Shown: positions 13,708 through 30,626, numbered from the stretch's first letter. The stretch: 64,000 bases of DNA from Eledone cirrhosa (GCA_964016885.1 CAXHJY010000010.1:1-64000); one strand, 5' to 3'. The notes: generated by a model from the sequence alone, not told the origin. Numbers and translations: made by a program.

Positions 13708-15951
13708 TATACATACATACCTCTGGGTGGTGGTTGGTTTATCATATTCAGTGCGATTTACCATTATCGGAATAACCTTACACCATGATTGAAATGTTTT
13801 TGTAGACAGTTAACTAAATTATCAGCTATCATTATGTTGCACATACATATATAAACAAATGCACACATCAACTCATCCATAAGACCAGCTTGTATAAGGA
13901 AGCGTATCAAGTCACCAGTTACAATTAATGTGTAGTTGCTTTATTTCAAAGTTACATTATATTCTGCTTACCTGTCTTTTTATTTGAATTTCCTTTAATA
14001 TTTGCAAACATGTTTAGTATATCCAAAACATGTTGCAGTAGTTTCTGGCTGTGGATGGGGGGAAGTAATTTCACACATCAGTTTGTGTTTACTTGTGTAG
14101 ACAGACATGCAATCACATATACATCTAATTAAAGGTCTCAACCGCCATCCTTTTAATTTTGATTAATTAGATTTAATTTGTTTCCTTCTTTGTTGGTTAA
14201 ATTTAGAAATATTTCTGTATTTTTTCTGTCTTTTTCATATTCAAGTAGTTAAAAAATCTGAAAACTAAACACAAAAAAATGAACATCATTCACTTAAATA
14301 TGCATACATTGTCATGTATGCTTTTGCATGCGTGCATATGTTTGTGTGTGCATTTTCTTTACTGTTCTATACACAATTGTGAAGAAAATAAAAAAAAAAC
14401 AAAAAAACATTCTATTAAAAATTTAAAAAATAATGAAAATAACAGTTAGTATTAATAGATCATTTGATCAGAATCAAATTGTATTTTTGCATTAGAACAT
14501 TTCAAATTTCATTATTCACAATTTTCAGAAAATTCTGTTGATTGTGCATAATATATGCTATTTATTTGCTGCAATTTATTAACAGCTTATAACTGTACTT
14601 CATTTATCTAAGCACCACACAATTGCCATTTCAGTGGACCGCAGCTAACATGGTAGATCTACTTAGCTCCTTATTTTTATATTGCTCTCTTTTTCTCCCT
14701 ATCTTTGTCTCACAAGATTACACTAATTCTGCAGCTGATTGTTCCTATTATGGTTGGTTATGGCTAAGAAATGGAGATGATGATTAACAGTCTGAGATAT
14801 GTGTTGGTTGAAGTACAATAATGAAGATTAAAACATCTTCAAATAATGCAGTCGTAAGGAAGACTTCAGCTATTCTTTCTTTTCACAGTGAAGTATATAT
14901 ATATATATATGTTGCCTGAGGTTTGTTGTATTTTTCTTTTAAGGTTATTTAAAATAGTTTTTAGATTTGTGGATCCATATGAGTGTTAGTAGCTACATTT
15001 CTCAGATTTTGAGCTTATATATGTATATACACTCACACATATACATACATATATCCATACAGAGAATTAATTACATATAATGCGTGTATTTATATAGATG
15101 TGAATATATAACATACACAGCCATGTTCATACATATACATTACATAATGGTTTATAACATTGATTCTTAAGCATAATTTAGACTGTAGTTTAATTCATGA
15201 CACAAACAACTCCATCAGTGGAAAGAATGGACATTAAGGATAATGGAAAATTACAAGCATTACATAGCAATGTGCCAAATAATTAAAGGAAATGCAAAAC
15301 CATTTGGATCAAAGAAACAATTTCATTTTATTTGTTTTTTGTTTATTTTAACAATAGCTTTGCTCTTATTCTAATATTTCATTATTAGAAATATTCTGTC
15401 TGTTTATGCCAAAGTCATTAGTGTGTTCTGTTGCTTTAAAAAACAAAATCATCGAGGAGTCACTTAATCAGTTGTGGTGACAAGAAAATATGATGTAGAG
15501 GAAACAATTGCTTTAGCTAGCAAATACAAGGATCAGTATCTGCAAGTTATTTACTTTCTATCTTCTTCGAACACACAAACTGTCATATCAACTTCTATTT
15601 ATTAAATATGTATGATATTTGTTTTTAAATGTATTATCAATAATGAAATGTTACTCACTTAAATACATTCTACTACTCTGTTGCTTGCTGGTAATTTGTA
15701 TATTTAACAAAGCAGGACAGGATATTGTGACAGTGATGGTTTGGGGGCTTACATTGGACTTTAATTTAATATTTATCATTACAAATTATTATTATTATTA
15801 TTAATTTATATTTTACTCACATGACTTCATGCTGGATCAGGAAGGAAGTTTTTCTTACCTTTAATGAAAGATCTTTCTAACACAAATAAAAATCACAAGC
15901 TATATAAATAGTTATAGAGATTATTTTGTTGATTCTTAGAGATATTTACTG

Positions 15952-16010
<59 letters not shown>

Positions 16011-16549
16011 TAGACACACATATATTAGATGTCAAAAGTAAAAAAATGTTGTTTTAAACAGCAGCCAAAAATAATATTACATATATATTTATATAATATA
16101 TATATATATATATATATACACATGCACATACACACACACACATATATATGTAATTAAATGTCTGCAGTCACTAAAATGTCTTTCAGGTAATCGATACTGA
16201 TTAAATTAACTTAGCATCTATAAAAAGATGGAAGAAACTTAGCACATCCAGAACTTCTTATATGTCCAGCTATAATATGAATAATAACAAAAAAAAAATA
16301 CTTTATTCAAGTGCACACTCTTTTATATGGAGATATATTCATATACACATACATCAATTTAAATGTGTATATTTGTGAGTCTCTTTGCTACATGTTCAGT
16401 TGGCTTCAAGGCTTTAATAAACATTGTTTCAAGTCAATCAGTTTAACAAAAGCATGTAGTTATGAGAAGCTCCTATCTGACATGTATGAATGTGTATGTG
16501 TGTGTTGCATGTATATATGTATGTTCACACACATACATATTCACCCATA

Positions 16550-16617
<68 letters not shown>

Positions 16618-17058
16618 TAATGATGATAATATGTTTCTGTGTGTATATATATATATATATAATTGTTAGAAGAAATATTTAGTTATTTTCCTATTTACAT
16701 GAATATATGTTTATATATTTATGCTTAAATTTTCTTTTTGGATGTTTAAAAACAAAACAAATAAAAATAAACAATAAGTATATAATCCAGATAAAAAAAA
16801 TATATAATTTTTAGAAACATTATGAGTATTTCTGTGAATATCAATTCCTATTTGGCAACTTTTAATTATTTTTATTTTTTTATTTTTTTTTTACTACTTA
16901 TAGATCCAATTAATTTTGAATGTAGAATATAACAGTCACTGAAAAATACATGCTGCTTAATTCTTTGGTTTCTAAAACATTGTTTGATTTAAGTAAGGGG
17001 TCCTTTGATACCTTATCACATTATATTTCTAACTGATCCCTTTGCATATGAAGTAACA

Positions 17059-17119
<61 letters not shown>

Positions 17120-17568
17120 TGATCTCTTTCTCCTTTTTCATCACTCTCCCTTCTTCATCTCTTTCTCTCTTTCATCTTACTTCTCACACTCTTCCTCCTT
17201 CTTCCACTCTTCCACATTCTCTCCCTCTCTCTCATTTCAAGCTATTTGTGATAAACTGTTCTTTACAGAATACATTTTTGCCATGATAAGAATTCAATAC
17301 TATAAAGTGTTGATGAGATATCTGCAACAAACCAATGTGGTTAGAAGCATTAACTTGTTTAGATGTAAAAGTAGATTAGTAAGAGTCCATGCGGTTACTA
17401 TCCATCCTGTGATTATATCTTTTCTTGTCATTACAGTGTATGTAATTATTAGTGAATAAATTGTCAATACTAAGGCAGTTGTTTAACTAACAAACTTGTT
17501 CAGTTGTTCAGAAACTATTTTCTTTCTCTTTGTGTTGTTTTACAATTTAAAAATCAAAAGTTTTATTT

Positions 17569-18972
<1,404 letters not shown>

Positions 18973-19526
18973 CTTCTCTCCTTCAAGTATAATTTGTTTA
19001 AATGATTATGTATTGTAATGTATATGGAGTTCTTGTGATGCATGCATCTTTCATGGTTTTATCTTTATACAAATTCAGTTATTATTCATAGTCTGAAATT
19101 AATTGATAATTTTGTTTTGACAGAATGTTGTAGCCTTTTATTTACATATTTATTTCTAGGGGTAATACTTAAAATTTACTTAACAAATCGGTTTATATTT
19201 TAAAAAATTCTCTGTTTAATATTAGTTTGTCTGGGTCCATGTTGATGATGATGGTGTATGAATACATTAATTTAATTTCGGGGGAATAAAATAATGTAGA
19301 ATTCTGATCTTCAGAATGTCAATTCAAACTTTGCAATTACCTTTAAAAAGGCTAGCAATATCGTTTCTGCGATTAAATACTCTAATGGTTTTGGTCATGC
19401 CTATGCTGGGGCAACTGAATCATATATACTGACGAGAGCTATGCTATATTACTTATCTGCATGATTTTATTATCTTCAGAGCATGAAGCATGTTTTAAGA
19501 GGACAACATCTCATACCTTTTTCTTT

Positions 19527-19570
<44 letters not shown>

Positions 19571-21572
19571 GTCTCTCTCTTTCTGTCTCTCTCTCTCTGT
19601 CTCTCCTCTCTGTTTGATAGTTTATAATTGCTTGCAAGTCTTTATGCAGAACTTTTGATCTCGCAATTTATAATTCATATATACACACACACACAAAAAA
19701 AAAATACAAATAAGAAAAAAAAATATTTAGAATTATCAGCACGGTCTATTCCTTCAATTTTCGCTCCTATTTTCGATATATATCAAATGTTGTGAAGGAA
19801 AAGAGAGTTAGGTACCTAAAATACCGATTCTTCTCATGCTGTGCCTATGTTTCTAAATAGTCTTATACTCATGGTTGTTAGCTACAAGCTCGAAAACTTT
19901 TTTTGCTATCTCATTCTTGTTTTTAAAGTCTTTTATTTCTTATTTGAACTAAATATATTTCTCTGATAGAATATATTGTGTCATTGGCTTGCTGCTGCTG
20001 TTTTGTTTTCTTTTAAATGATAGATGTTATCGTAAATTAAAAGGACTCTAAATGTTTGTTAGTAGACATGTTTTACATATTATATAATTATATAAAATAT
20101 ATTACGTACAATTATTGTGAAACTCTTGGTGTAGGGTTACCTCCCTTATTTTCATATCCCTTCCCCCCCCCCCGTCAATATTTATCCTATGAGTTAATTC
20201 CCTTAGACTTCATATTTCCCTTTGCTTTTGTGTAGTTATGCCTATGACTATTTGAAGAAACTCTATCTTGTAAAAAAGAATCCATCTCAAAACATTTACA
20301 ATAGCATTGATGTAATTATACCTACCTATTATTTGTAACTGTTAAAAATCTAAGCCACTATTACTGTTTTTTTTTTTTTTTTTTTTTTTTTTCATTACTT
20401 ACTGCTTCAGTAATCATTTACAGATTGTGTTCTGAATGCCCCTTGTGTCTATTTAGTTTATCTTTTAGAAAATTACCCTGTTAAAATATTGTATCTTGAT
20501 TTAATTACAATGTTATCATTTCCATTTACTTTATACATAAAAACACAAAATTTTGCTTCCTAGCAAAAAGAAAGAATAATAAAATTGATTTGTAAATGGA
20601 TTTCTTGTTTCTGTTCTAACAAATGAAGGAATTTCTCAGCTACATGTTGTGTGCTATTATCTTCTATAGGCAGCATTTGCTTCTCATATTCAGTTTCCTT
20701 ATTCTCCTCTTCTCTCCCATCTCTTATTGTTGCTTCCCAACGCTGCATGTGATAACTCATAGTATTCAATACAAGATGTTGATGTTACCTTTGCTTTTTA
20801 TATTTTCCACTTAATTAAAAAAAAAAAAAAAGATTCCGTCCCCACTCCTTATTTTCACAATCTATCTATCTATCTATCTAAAGATGTGTTGTTGTTTTTT
20901 TCCATTACTCAGAGACTTTCAGGAGCAATGTTTGTTTGGGTCTATTAGGAGAAATATGTGATAATTTCTAAATGTTTCAAAATTGACACAATGTCAAATA
21001 TTTATTTATTCAAAACATAAGCATATTTTTAAGCATGAAAAAAATTCTTTGTTTTTGCTTTATAATGTATGTCAACATCCATCAAATTGCACTATACTTG
21101 AATTGTACACAGAACCTTTTTATTTTGTTAATTTATTATTATTTCTGTTATTACCATTTTCAGACTGTTTTATATGTATTATGATAAATAAAATAACTAT
21201 GCCAGTGTTCATGGATCATAATATTTAGCCTATTTCAAAATGTCATCATTTTAATTAGTTGTGTTAAGTAATTTTGTAAATTAGAGAGTCATTCAAAAAG
21301 CATAACTGTTACAACACCCATGAAATGACTTTCTTAGAATATAACTGTAGCACCCACTTATTTTTATTGAAAAAGTATATATTATCCAATCTCAACTCAA
21401 ACCAATCTTAATTTGAGTAAAACAATTTCGTTCTCCCTTAGTTTTATTTCAATATATTATTCAGCCTAACAGTAGTAGAATAAAGAATATTCAGCCAACT
21501 GTAGTTATAAATAACAATTCTTTTCTGTTATTTTTATTTTATATTTAGTGAACATTATTAGAGAATGAAAAA

Positions 21573-21757
21573 GGGCGGTGGATTGGCAGTATCGGTAGAG
21601 GGTCAGACGCCATGCTTTCCAGCATAGTTACGTCCCTTTACGATCTGAGTTCAAATCCTGCCGAGGTTGACTTTGCCTTTCATCCTTACGGGGTCGATAA
21701 AATAAAGTACCAGTAATGCACTGGGTAATTGCTGGCCTTGTGCCTAAAGTAGAAACA
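21573..21757 (+). mobile_element. tRNA-derived SINE with 17-bp target-site duplication
   Basis: Same family as 8625. TSD ATTATTAGAGAATGAAA at 21554-21570 and 21758-21774. Confidence 0.9.
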
Positions 21758-23899
21758 ATTATTAGAGAATGAAATTGAAACTAACTTCAAACCTTGATTT
21801 CTAATTATAAATATTTTCTTGGTTTTAATAAAATTTTACTATATCATTTGTAAAATGTCTGATTTTATTCTTTTAAAATAGTAGCAATCACACACACATA
21901 TTACTTTGATCAGATATATTGTAGAAAAGTAATGTTATTGGCTTTTCTTTCATCTGTTCTGACTTTCAAATCTTTTTAATATACTCAGGTATCTCTCCTA
22001 ACCCACCCTTTAGTAATCACCATAAAATTGATCTCTAATGACCAACAAAATTCTGGATGGTAATAACAATTGCATAATTTTTTTTTTTCTTTAACTAGAT
22101 TCTCCTAGTTCACTTGATTTTGGAACAATTTGCATGCAATGCAAGCTCTTAAAATGTGTCCTGTTAATGTTATTTGTTGGTGTAACTTTAGTATGTTTTT
22201 GTTTTTTATGATACATTGCCTTTGTAATTTTAACATTGATTTGCACTGGTCTTGTGCATGAGCTTGTATTTTTGTGTGTCATTTTTTTTTCAACCTTACA
22301 GCAGTTTATGCAAACAATTCTTTATTGTATTGTTTTTATCTTCTGTTTGTGTTTTATGTATGCTATATGAATAAATTCTTTTCTACTCTGTTTACTGGAT
22401 TTTGTTTTTTTGCATCTGTTTCTGTTTAGTAATCTATTCTTTTTATTTCAAGTTCAATGTTGTGACCAATTTTGTTTTGTTATGTCAATTTTGTTTATGT
22501 CAACAAACATCCATAGCAGGGGAAAATGGATTTTAAATGGTGATAATGATGAAACAACATGACCAGTTTGATTTCTGATCATCATCATGTGTCTTATTCA
22601 TTATTATCGTTGGTTTAAGTTACTTTTCAGAAGGAAACAAATGAAGGTACGTATTAAGATTATTGCTTATATAAATTATTACTAAATGGGATGCTATTTG
22701 ATTATCAACAACTTCAGCTATCACTTTAGTAATTTAATTTTGATTGAATGCCTGAAGTTCACATAAGACCTCTGCTGAGATCAAATACATCTTGACTTCT
22801 GCTGAGATTAACAAGGGTCTCAACAAAAGTCAAGATGTATTTTGAGGCCTAATATAAAATAATTTTGTAACTAAAGAAGAAAAAGTGTATAACATCAACA
22901 GAGTTAATAATGACAATATATTTTCTTAGAGGTCTGATGCAATGGTTTTTAAAACTAAAAAATGTTGCTAAATATTGAAACAAATTCTTGCTTAGGAAAT
23001 GTGATCTGTTATTTGTACTAAGATATTGGGAATTAGAACATTGATAATCTACTTGTAGCTTGTTGGATTAAGTGAAAACTGCAATAATAGGTTGGTCTTG
23101 CTTGTGCATCCAGCTGGATCATTTGGAGACGGTGCTACTGATAGGACCCTCTGGAAGGTGTATCTGAGAACACTACCACCAACAACCTCAAGAATAAGTA
23201 GGCAAAGAAGAGAAATCTTGGACCATTCCAATACTATCTTGATTTAATTTTTGAAGAGAAATAAAATATAACATTTTGAGTTCTGGTATTTATAATTCAT
23301 TTACCAATATGCATGCTGAGCTTGTTACTCCATACCACTAATGTGGCTCTCATAGGTTGCATGCATATACAGATCCTCTCCACAACTTATCTGTTAAATT
23401 CTGATCAGCATATATAGCTGTAACGGCCTTATGAACTTATAGAATTATTATCATTACTAACATCTACTTAACAAATATGATACATGTATATAATACTTCA
23501 CTAACTAAATTAAAAATACCATTATCTAGTTAATATACACATAGTATTTCTTCTAGTCACTTACTAAAATCAGAATACCTCATCATAAGTATTGCACTTA
23601 TCCAATGCCTCATTATTTCCCCTATTTACTAAAATCAGAATACCGCCATCATAATTAATACACACATTCAATACATTACTATTTCCAATAGTTGCTAACT
23701 AAATTTCAATTACCATCATCATAATTAATACTAACTAATCATTAATCACTCAACTAAACTCCTATTATCATTTTTCAGAATTTTCATGACAATTACAATA
23801 TATGTATGTTGTACTTAACCACTTCAAATAATAATTAACTTTAATCAAAATTACAACCTGGGACAGCAAGCAGCAAACAACCACAAGAAACAAGTACTA

Positions 23900-24772
23900 C
23901 CAATCTCTGGGAGGGCTCTATAGAAACAGTAGACAGCTTCTGCTACCTAGGTGACCGAATTAGCAGCGGAGGTGGGTGTTCAGAAAGTACAATAACTAGG
24001 GTAAGAACGGGATGGAAGAAGTTCAGGGAGCTACTGCCACTGCTAGCTGCAAAAGGCTTTTCCCTCAAAATGAAAGGCAGACTGTATGATGCGTGTATAC
24101 GGACAGCAATGTTACATAGTAGTGAGACCTGGGCGCTGAAGGTGGAAGACTTGCGTAGATTAAAAAGAAACGAAGCCTGCATGCTCTGATGGATGTGTAA
24201 TAGTAATATACGCGAATGACAAAGCATAAATGAATTGAGAGAGAGACTGAGCATAAGAGGAATCAAATGCTGTGTGCAGGAGAGGCGGTTGCATTGGTAT
24301 GGACATGTGATGCATATGAAGGATGACAGCTGCATAAAAAGGTGCAGAGCACTAGAAGTCGATGGAAACCGTGGTGTGGAGAGACCCAAGAAGACCTGGG
24401 ATGAGGTGATAAAAGCCGGCCTTACCCAATTACACCTCTCAAAGGCGATGACACACGACCGTGACCTCTGGCGTCACGCAGTAATACAGAGTACCTGACC
24501 TCCCACGGGTACAAGCCGAAGCTGAAGCATATAGACAATATGCCCCCACACCCTCCCACTGCAAAGTGGTTGTGGAGGTGCCACGGAAAAAAAGCACCCA
24601 GCACTCACTGTAAATGAGGTTGGTGTTAGGAAGGGCATCCAGCTGTAGAAATCAAGCCAGAATCAGTTCCCGTATGAGCAAGACAAGGTCAGCCGACCAG
24701 ACACTGCTCACAACAGGACAACCCGTCTAACCCATGCTAGCATGGAAGAACGGACGTAAAACGGTGATGATG
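23900..24772 (+). mobile_element. RTE-type LINE 3' end with 3' UTR and (TGA)n tail
   Basis: Reads FCYLGDRISSGGGCSES, RVRTGWKKFRELLPLL, SETWAL, ERRLHWYGHVMHM and RPKKTWDEVI. Confidence 0.9.
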
Positions 24773-25239
24773 ACAATTACCCAACTACCCAATTAATTTA
24801 TTATTATCATTACTCAGAATCTACATGACAAATGCAGTTTATGTTATAGTAATCCAGTACCTATTTCTACTTGACACTTACTAAACTCACAGTATTACCT
24901 ACACAATACCTTTTTATTCCTTATCCACCTAACTAAACCACTATCATCATTACTTAACATCTATAGGTCTAATACAAAGAAAAGCTATCTTAATACTATT
25001 TATTTCCTAACCACTCAACTAAGCTATTATTATCATTACTTAACATGACAAATACAAATCATGCAAATGGTATCTATTTTGGTTAGTTGATTACTAAAGC
25101 CCCAAATACCATCAGCATAAACTAAAACTGATTATCCCCACTATCATCTGATGGAACTAACTTGGATCCACAATAGATATCATCTAAGCTGCAACAGAAA
25201 AAATGCAGTGTACTCTTAACAACATAGTAATGTTTACAA

Positions 25240-26170
25240 TCATCATCATCGCTTTTACATCTGTTTTTCCACACTTGCATGGGTTGGCTGAAGCCTTTTC
25301 AGTACAGCTTCTCTCCACTCATCATGTTCCTTCGTCATCTCCTCAGTGGATCTCTGATTTGAGATCAGCTCTCACCACCTCTACTCAGTCTTTCTTGATC
25401 TACCTCTACTGCAGTTTCCCTCCATTAACATTTCTTGGCACTTCTTTATCCAGCGATCATCATCCATATGCATCACATGCCCATACCAATGCAGTCTTCT
25501 CTCCTGCACACCACTTCAAATTCTTCTTAAACCTTAGTTCATCCAAGCTCTGCCTTTCTTTCACATTTACTTTGCACATCCAATGAAGCATGATTGCTTC
25601 ATTTCTCTCCAGCCAACACATGTCCTCTGTTGTCACTGCCCATGTTTCACTACCATGCAGCATCATACTTCACACACAGGAATCATACAGCTGTCCTTTT
25701 GTACGTAGGGAGAAGCCTTTAGTTGTTAACAGTGGGAGTGACTATCTAAACTTCTTCCATCCTATCTGTACATACAAAGTTTTCCATTTCTGATAGTCTG
25801 TTTGTTATCCCACTACATCTCTTGTCTACCTAAGATTTACATTGTGTACATCATATAGAGTTTATGCCTACTCCTTTTCTACATATTGAGCAAAGCCTTT
25901 TCCCTGAAGGAATCAGGGTCCTATTTTCTTTGCTACTTACTATCAATTTAGTTTTGGCTAAGTTTCCTGTTAGCCCTTCAGATTCCAAATTCTGTTTCCA
26001 TAGTTGGAACTTATTCTATAGTTCTTTTATAGATTCAGATATAATGACCAGATCATCTGAACAGAGAAGCCCCCGTGGACAACCAGTCATAAACTCCTCT
26101 GTTATTACCTGGAGAACTATGATGAACAGCAGTGGGCTGGTCCTTCTGTTGGGTAGGTTAGGAGTAGTCT
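25240..26170 (-). mobile_element. RTE-type LINE fragment
   Basis: The reverse strand reads MMLHGSETWAVTTEDMCWLERNE and WKQNLESEG, and ends in (GAT)n. Confidence 0.8.
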
Positions 26171-26930
26171 ATCCCCCTCTCATTCATCCTCTACATTCAT
26201 CAGCCTCTTATAATAACATTTCTAGGTGGGTATCTAAATTGAAACTAAATTATATATGTTCCATCAAGTAAATACTATCGAAAAATACATCTAGAAGCTA
26301 AATCTCAAATTCATTATCTAAAAGTAAAAAATCAAAAAAATCAGCTTTAACATTCCAGCGGATATTTAATAGACTACTGCCGTATTACGAGAATTAAATA
26401 CACAAACAAAATATATGAGGAAATAGGTTCTTATATTCTTCCTAGCAGTATGCTTTGCAAATCAAATAAATAAATAACGATTAAGTATCCCAAACGCCAA
26501 AATTACTGAAAATATTGAAAGCAAAAATAAAAATAAAAACAAACCAGTATTTAGAGAAAAATCGCCATGTTGGATCGAAATTACAGCAGAAATAAAAGCT
26601 TACTTGAACGTTGAATCAAATTTGAACGTAAACAGTGAACAAAAATATTTGAAATTTGAATTTCGTATATCTAATGATATAGAGTATGTTTATGAATAAA
26701 CATTCGGAAAGCCTTCGAGCCATGAATATTGAAAGGCTGACGGGTAGCACCGTCAAGTGGATTCCAACAGAAGTATTGGGGGTGGGGTGGGGACAACAAC
26801 TGTCAACGTGTTTCTGGCTCTGGTCGTCATCAGGACAGTGCTTTCCCTACTCTCTGCTGGAATTTGAAACAGGTGAAAATACAGAGTTTTTTCACCTATG
26901 TAGACGTATAATAATATTGACATGTGTATA

Positions 26931-27322
26931 ATAATTGTTTCTACTTTAGGCACAAGGCCAGCAATTATCCAGTGTATTACTGGTACTTTATTTTATCGAC
27001 CCCGTAAGGATGAAAGGCAAAGTCATTCGGCGGGATTTGAACTCGGACCATGAAGGGGCGTAACTCTATGCTGGAAAGCATGGCCTCCGACCCTCTACCG
27101 ATACTGCCAAATGGTTTCTTATATAGGCACAAGGCCAACAATTTTGGGGGAGGGGAAAGTCGATTAAATCGACCCAAGTGCGTGACTGGTACTTTATTTT
27201 ATCGACCCCGTACGGATGAAAGGCAAAGTAACCTCGGTGGGATTTGAACTCAGATCATAAAGGGCCGTAACTCTATGCTGCAAAGCATGGCGTCCGACCC
27301 TCTAGCGATACTGCCAATCCAC
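26931..27322 (-). mobile_element. Two tandem tRNA-derived SINEs
   Basis: Two reverse-complement copies of the 21573 family. Confidence 0.88.
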
Positions 27323-27566
27323 TAATACGAGAAAGATAGAAGAAATACAGACCGTATTTTCAAAATTTAGACTTTATTAACATTAATAAGTGCATAGTTT
27401 TACTTCACAAAGCCTTGAAATGCTTTTTAAACAAAGAAATTAGTCTTAATGAGGATACCGGAGAAACAGTACCTCCAGATATACCACGTTTACAATATAC
27501 ATATACATATATATATAGAGAGAGAGGTGTAAAATTCAGACCATGGCGCAAAGTGGTCTTGGCTTG

Positions 27567-27746
27567 TGTCGCAAGCCGAAACCGCTTGACGCCGCAGTCG
27601 GAATTTTACATATCTCTTTACCCACTTTGCATGTCACCATGCATTGAGTACTCGTATGATTATTGGTCTCCCCGACCCACATGGACAAAGTGAGTAAGAC
27701 TCTGCCCGCACTCCGATGTGACGTCACTGGCCGCTCACTTCCGACA
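27567..27746 (-). repeat. Putative 180-bp 3' LTR
   Basis: On - it follows the purine tract AGGGGAAG, begins TGTCG and ends CGACA. Confidence 0.6.
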
Positions 27747-29915
27747 AGACTTCCCCTACACTTGCAGTTCCCTAGCCCCACAGGCCCCTATGATCTCAAG
27801 GATCAATCAGCCCATCATCTCACTCCAGGCCAATGTCCGTCATCCTCATATGCAAGCGGCGTTCAGTTGCGATCTCCACAAAGTCGAGGCGGCCCTCTTA
27901 CATTTTCCTCTTCGAAGTCCATCAAATCAACGATTCTGCGGACATCCAAGCTGTGACGCGGCATGTCATCCACAGACAGGTTGTTTTGGAAATTTGCAGT
28001 CGATACTGTTCCCTTTTCTCCATTGAGATGTGCAGTCCGCCTTTGGGGGCTTAACCCAAACTTCCTCGCCCATTTGCATGAAAATATGGTCTCTTTCTTC
28101 CACATATCGTTGTAATAACGTGCACGAATCTCAATAGTCACGCATATATATATCGCCCTGTGAGGCACCGACTTCTCGGCCTGTCCCAACTGAGGTGACA
28201 TATTATACCAGAATATCACCTCCATTAGTGAAATGTGTCCCTTCCCCGCCTTCGCCTTGATCGTGTGATGGTGTTTCTTCACGATTCCATTTCCTCTCGG
28301 CCTGTACACCGCTCTGGAGAAGCGGCTCACATTCCACCTATCGAGCATCTCCTTCAGCTCCTCCGAGCAAAATACGGCGCTATTACCCATCAACAGTTGT
28401 TCATCTCCAAGAATATCTTTTTCGGCGTTCGTGCGATTTCCTCTGCAGTCCCCGCCCTCATCTCCCTCCATATTGCCATCCGCCCAGGTCAGCAATCGAC
28501 CATCGAGAGTTAAGTCCATTGTCTGTCGTATGCCACATCTACTGCCAGTCGTTTCTAGTTATGCTCTACTGGGATGTATCCTGTATCGTGCACGCCCGAG
28601 GCTTGGTTGATAGACTGATATCTGTCGTAACTCCCGACCACTTTTTGGACACTCTGTCTGGTAACGTCGGAGTCGACTTTCCTGGCTAGAAACCGTGTTC
28701 TATACACTCACATGTGATGCATGGTATGCAACCTCCTCATCTGCAAGTCACACAGCCAACACACTGCAGCTATCCCCTTTTCTGCAGCCAGGCTTTCTCC
28801 AGCCTGGTTAGGATGTCCGCCCTATTTTACTCCGAGAGCACAAAGACCACAACTTCAGGTGGCACTCAGTACCTAGCTCTTCCAGAGTTCCAAGGCGCTG
28901 CTTTATTAGAATCTCTGCCGCCCTTTTCGTTCGCACCCTCCTCTAGCTTGTAAGCACTACTAATCTTACCCAACCAGTACTGTGGCCGAATCAGTACGAA
29001 TCTGTAGTGCGCAGACCCCATCTCAGGGCGAAATTCACTTCCTTTAGCACGGCGTCCAATTCGGCCAAGTTGATGTGGTTGTACTCCTTCTACCTAAGCC
29101 AGGCTAAATCCTCAACCTCCACACCCCTATTTCTAGAACGACTTCTAGTGCTATGCTGCTGGCATCACACCATACAGTCCTATTCTCCAATTTGAGTACA
29201 TACCAGCTTCCTCTTTCTGTGTCCTCAGCCTTTACCCTCTCCATGATCTTCCGCATCATGTCCCCTGTCCTCTCTTCCACTCTGTCTCTTCAGTTCATCC
29301 AGTCCACTCATATCTTCACATAGCTGCATACTGTTCGGAGCCACCCCGCGATTAAATAGTCACCCATCAATTTCCCACACATTGAGAAGAGTTCTCGTCT
29401 ATCCATGTCGGTGCCCAGTTCCGGAACTTCATTTCCCCTCCGAAATACCAGTGTGCTCGTCTTAACTCTTCGTAGCCTGAGTCTAAGTGGAGCTCCTCCT
29501 TCCATCGCCTCTGGCGGTTTCGCGATTAACCCAAACCTTTCTAGGGAGCTTGAAACCTCTGTTGCTGACATCACTGTCTCGTCTACCAAGATATTTTCAG
29601 TGTAGGAATTGATGGCCCTCTTCACCTTGTCCACCTTCCCCAGAATGTTCTTGAGGACCGTCACCATGATCTTTGGTGCCGAATTCAACCCGAACCCCAG
29701 CCTGTTCCGGCAGTATGTCTGGCCCTTATACCTAACCAGCTGATACTGCCAGCTACATGTAACATCAGATATGTCGATTTCAAGTCAACAATCGTGGAGG
29801 CTCCTATCATTTGTCTCCACAGACATCTGTAACCTCGCCGTCTGTCTGTATGGCACGACATTTGTTCATTCAGTTCACGAAAGTCCAACACAGATATAAC
29901 CTTGTTCCTCATTGG
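27567..29915 (-). mobile_element. Decayed Gypsy-like LTR retrotransposon (RT-RNaseH-integrase plus 3' LTR)
   Basis: RT motifs VLDFRELN, IVDLKSTY and NSAPKIM. RNase H motifs CDASS and HINLAELDAV. Integrase motif AVYRPRGNGIV. The domain order is RT-RH-IN, with many disablements. Confidence 0.85.
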
Positions 29916-29924
29916 CTGCAATTG

Positions 29925-30130
29925 CTAAGAAACTATTGCAACTATCGGAGAAACGTGCTAAGGTCAACTGCCAAGTCAACTTCCTAAAATGCTGCCTAAA
30001 AACAACTTAGTACCCAAAATACACCTACCAACAAGCTTCCACCTGCCTAGCCTTAACAACCACTAAACTACTTACATACATTCTGACCACCTAATCCACC
30101 AACACACACAAATCCTTTGAAACACTTCCT
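29925..30130 (+). mobile_element. Possible PLE N-terminal ORF fragment
   Basis: EKRAKVNCQVNFLKCCLK-fs-NNLVPK resembles the FL..C....+PK motif at PLE ORF starts. Confidence 0.4.
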
Positions 30131-30626
30131 AAACTAACAGTAACTCCGGAGTCCCTGTTCAAAGAAACAACTGCAGCTATCGACCGGTAGTACAACCACC
30201 ACCTCGTCAAACAGGAGCGAGAAACGCCCAAAGGCCATATCCTCACCATCAAATGTAGCGGATGTAAATACGTTACTAAATAAATTGCAAATTGTTGTTC
30301 CTCTTGTCATATCACGTGAACCAGTAGTGAATATATCAACCCCATCACTGTCAACAAAGCCTAGTCTCAAACTGGATATTTCCATGGTGATTGAGATGAT
30401 CTCATAATATATATATTTTATGGTAAACATTTTTTTATGGTAAACTTAAACGATGCATTTATACACCCAAAATATGAGAGAAAACGTGACAGACGTGTAA
30501 ACGTGACAACCGCATAGACCTCTACATCCACAGACGGTTCTGTCATATTTTGTTTGTATAAATGTATCATTTACGTTAAAGTTTATCATTAAAATATTAA
30601 CTGTTATATTACATTACATTGCACAC

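Noticed and set aside
23049-23231. ORF with a signal-peptide-like start (MEWSKISLLCLLIL)
   Set aside because: The sequence is the antisense of an RTE LINE 3' end, similar to 7600-7680 and 63690-63770.
26540-26640. Minus-strand CAACATGGCG (YY1-like) motif near a GTAAGC donor, suggesting a first exon
   Set aside because: No downstream exon could be identified, and short motifs alone are insufficient.
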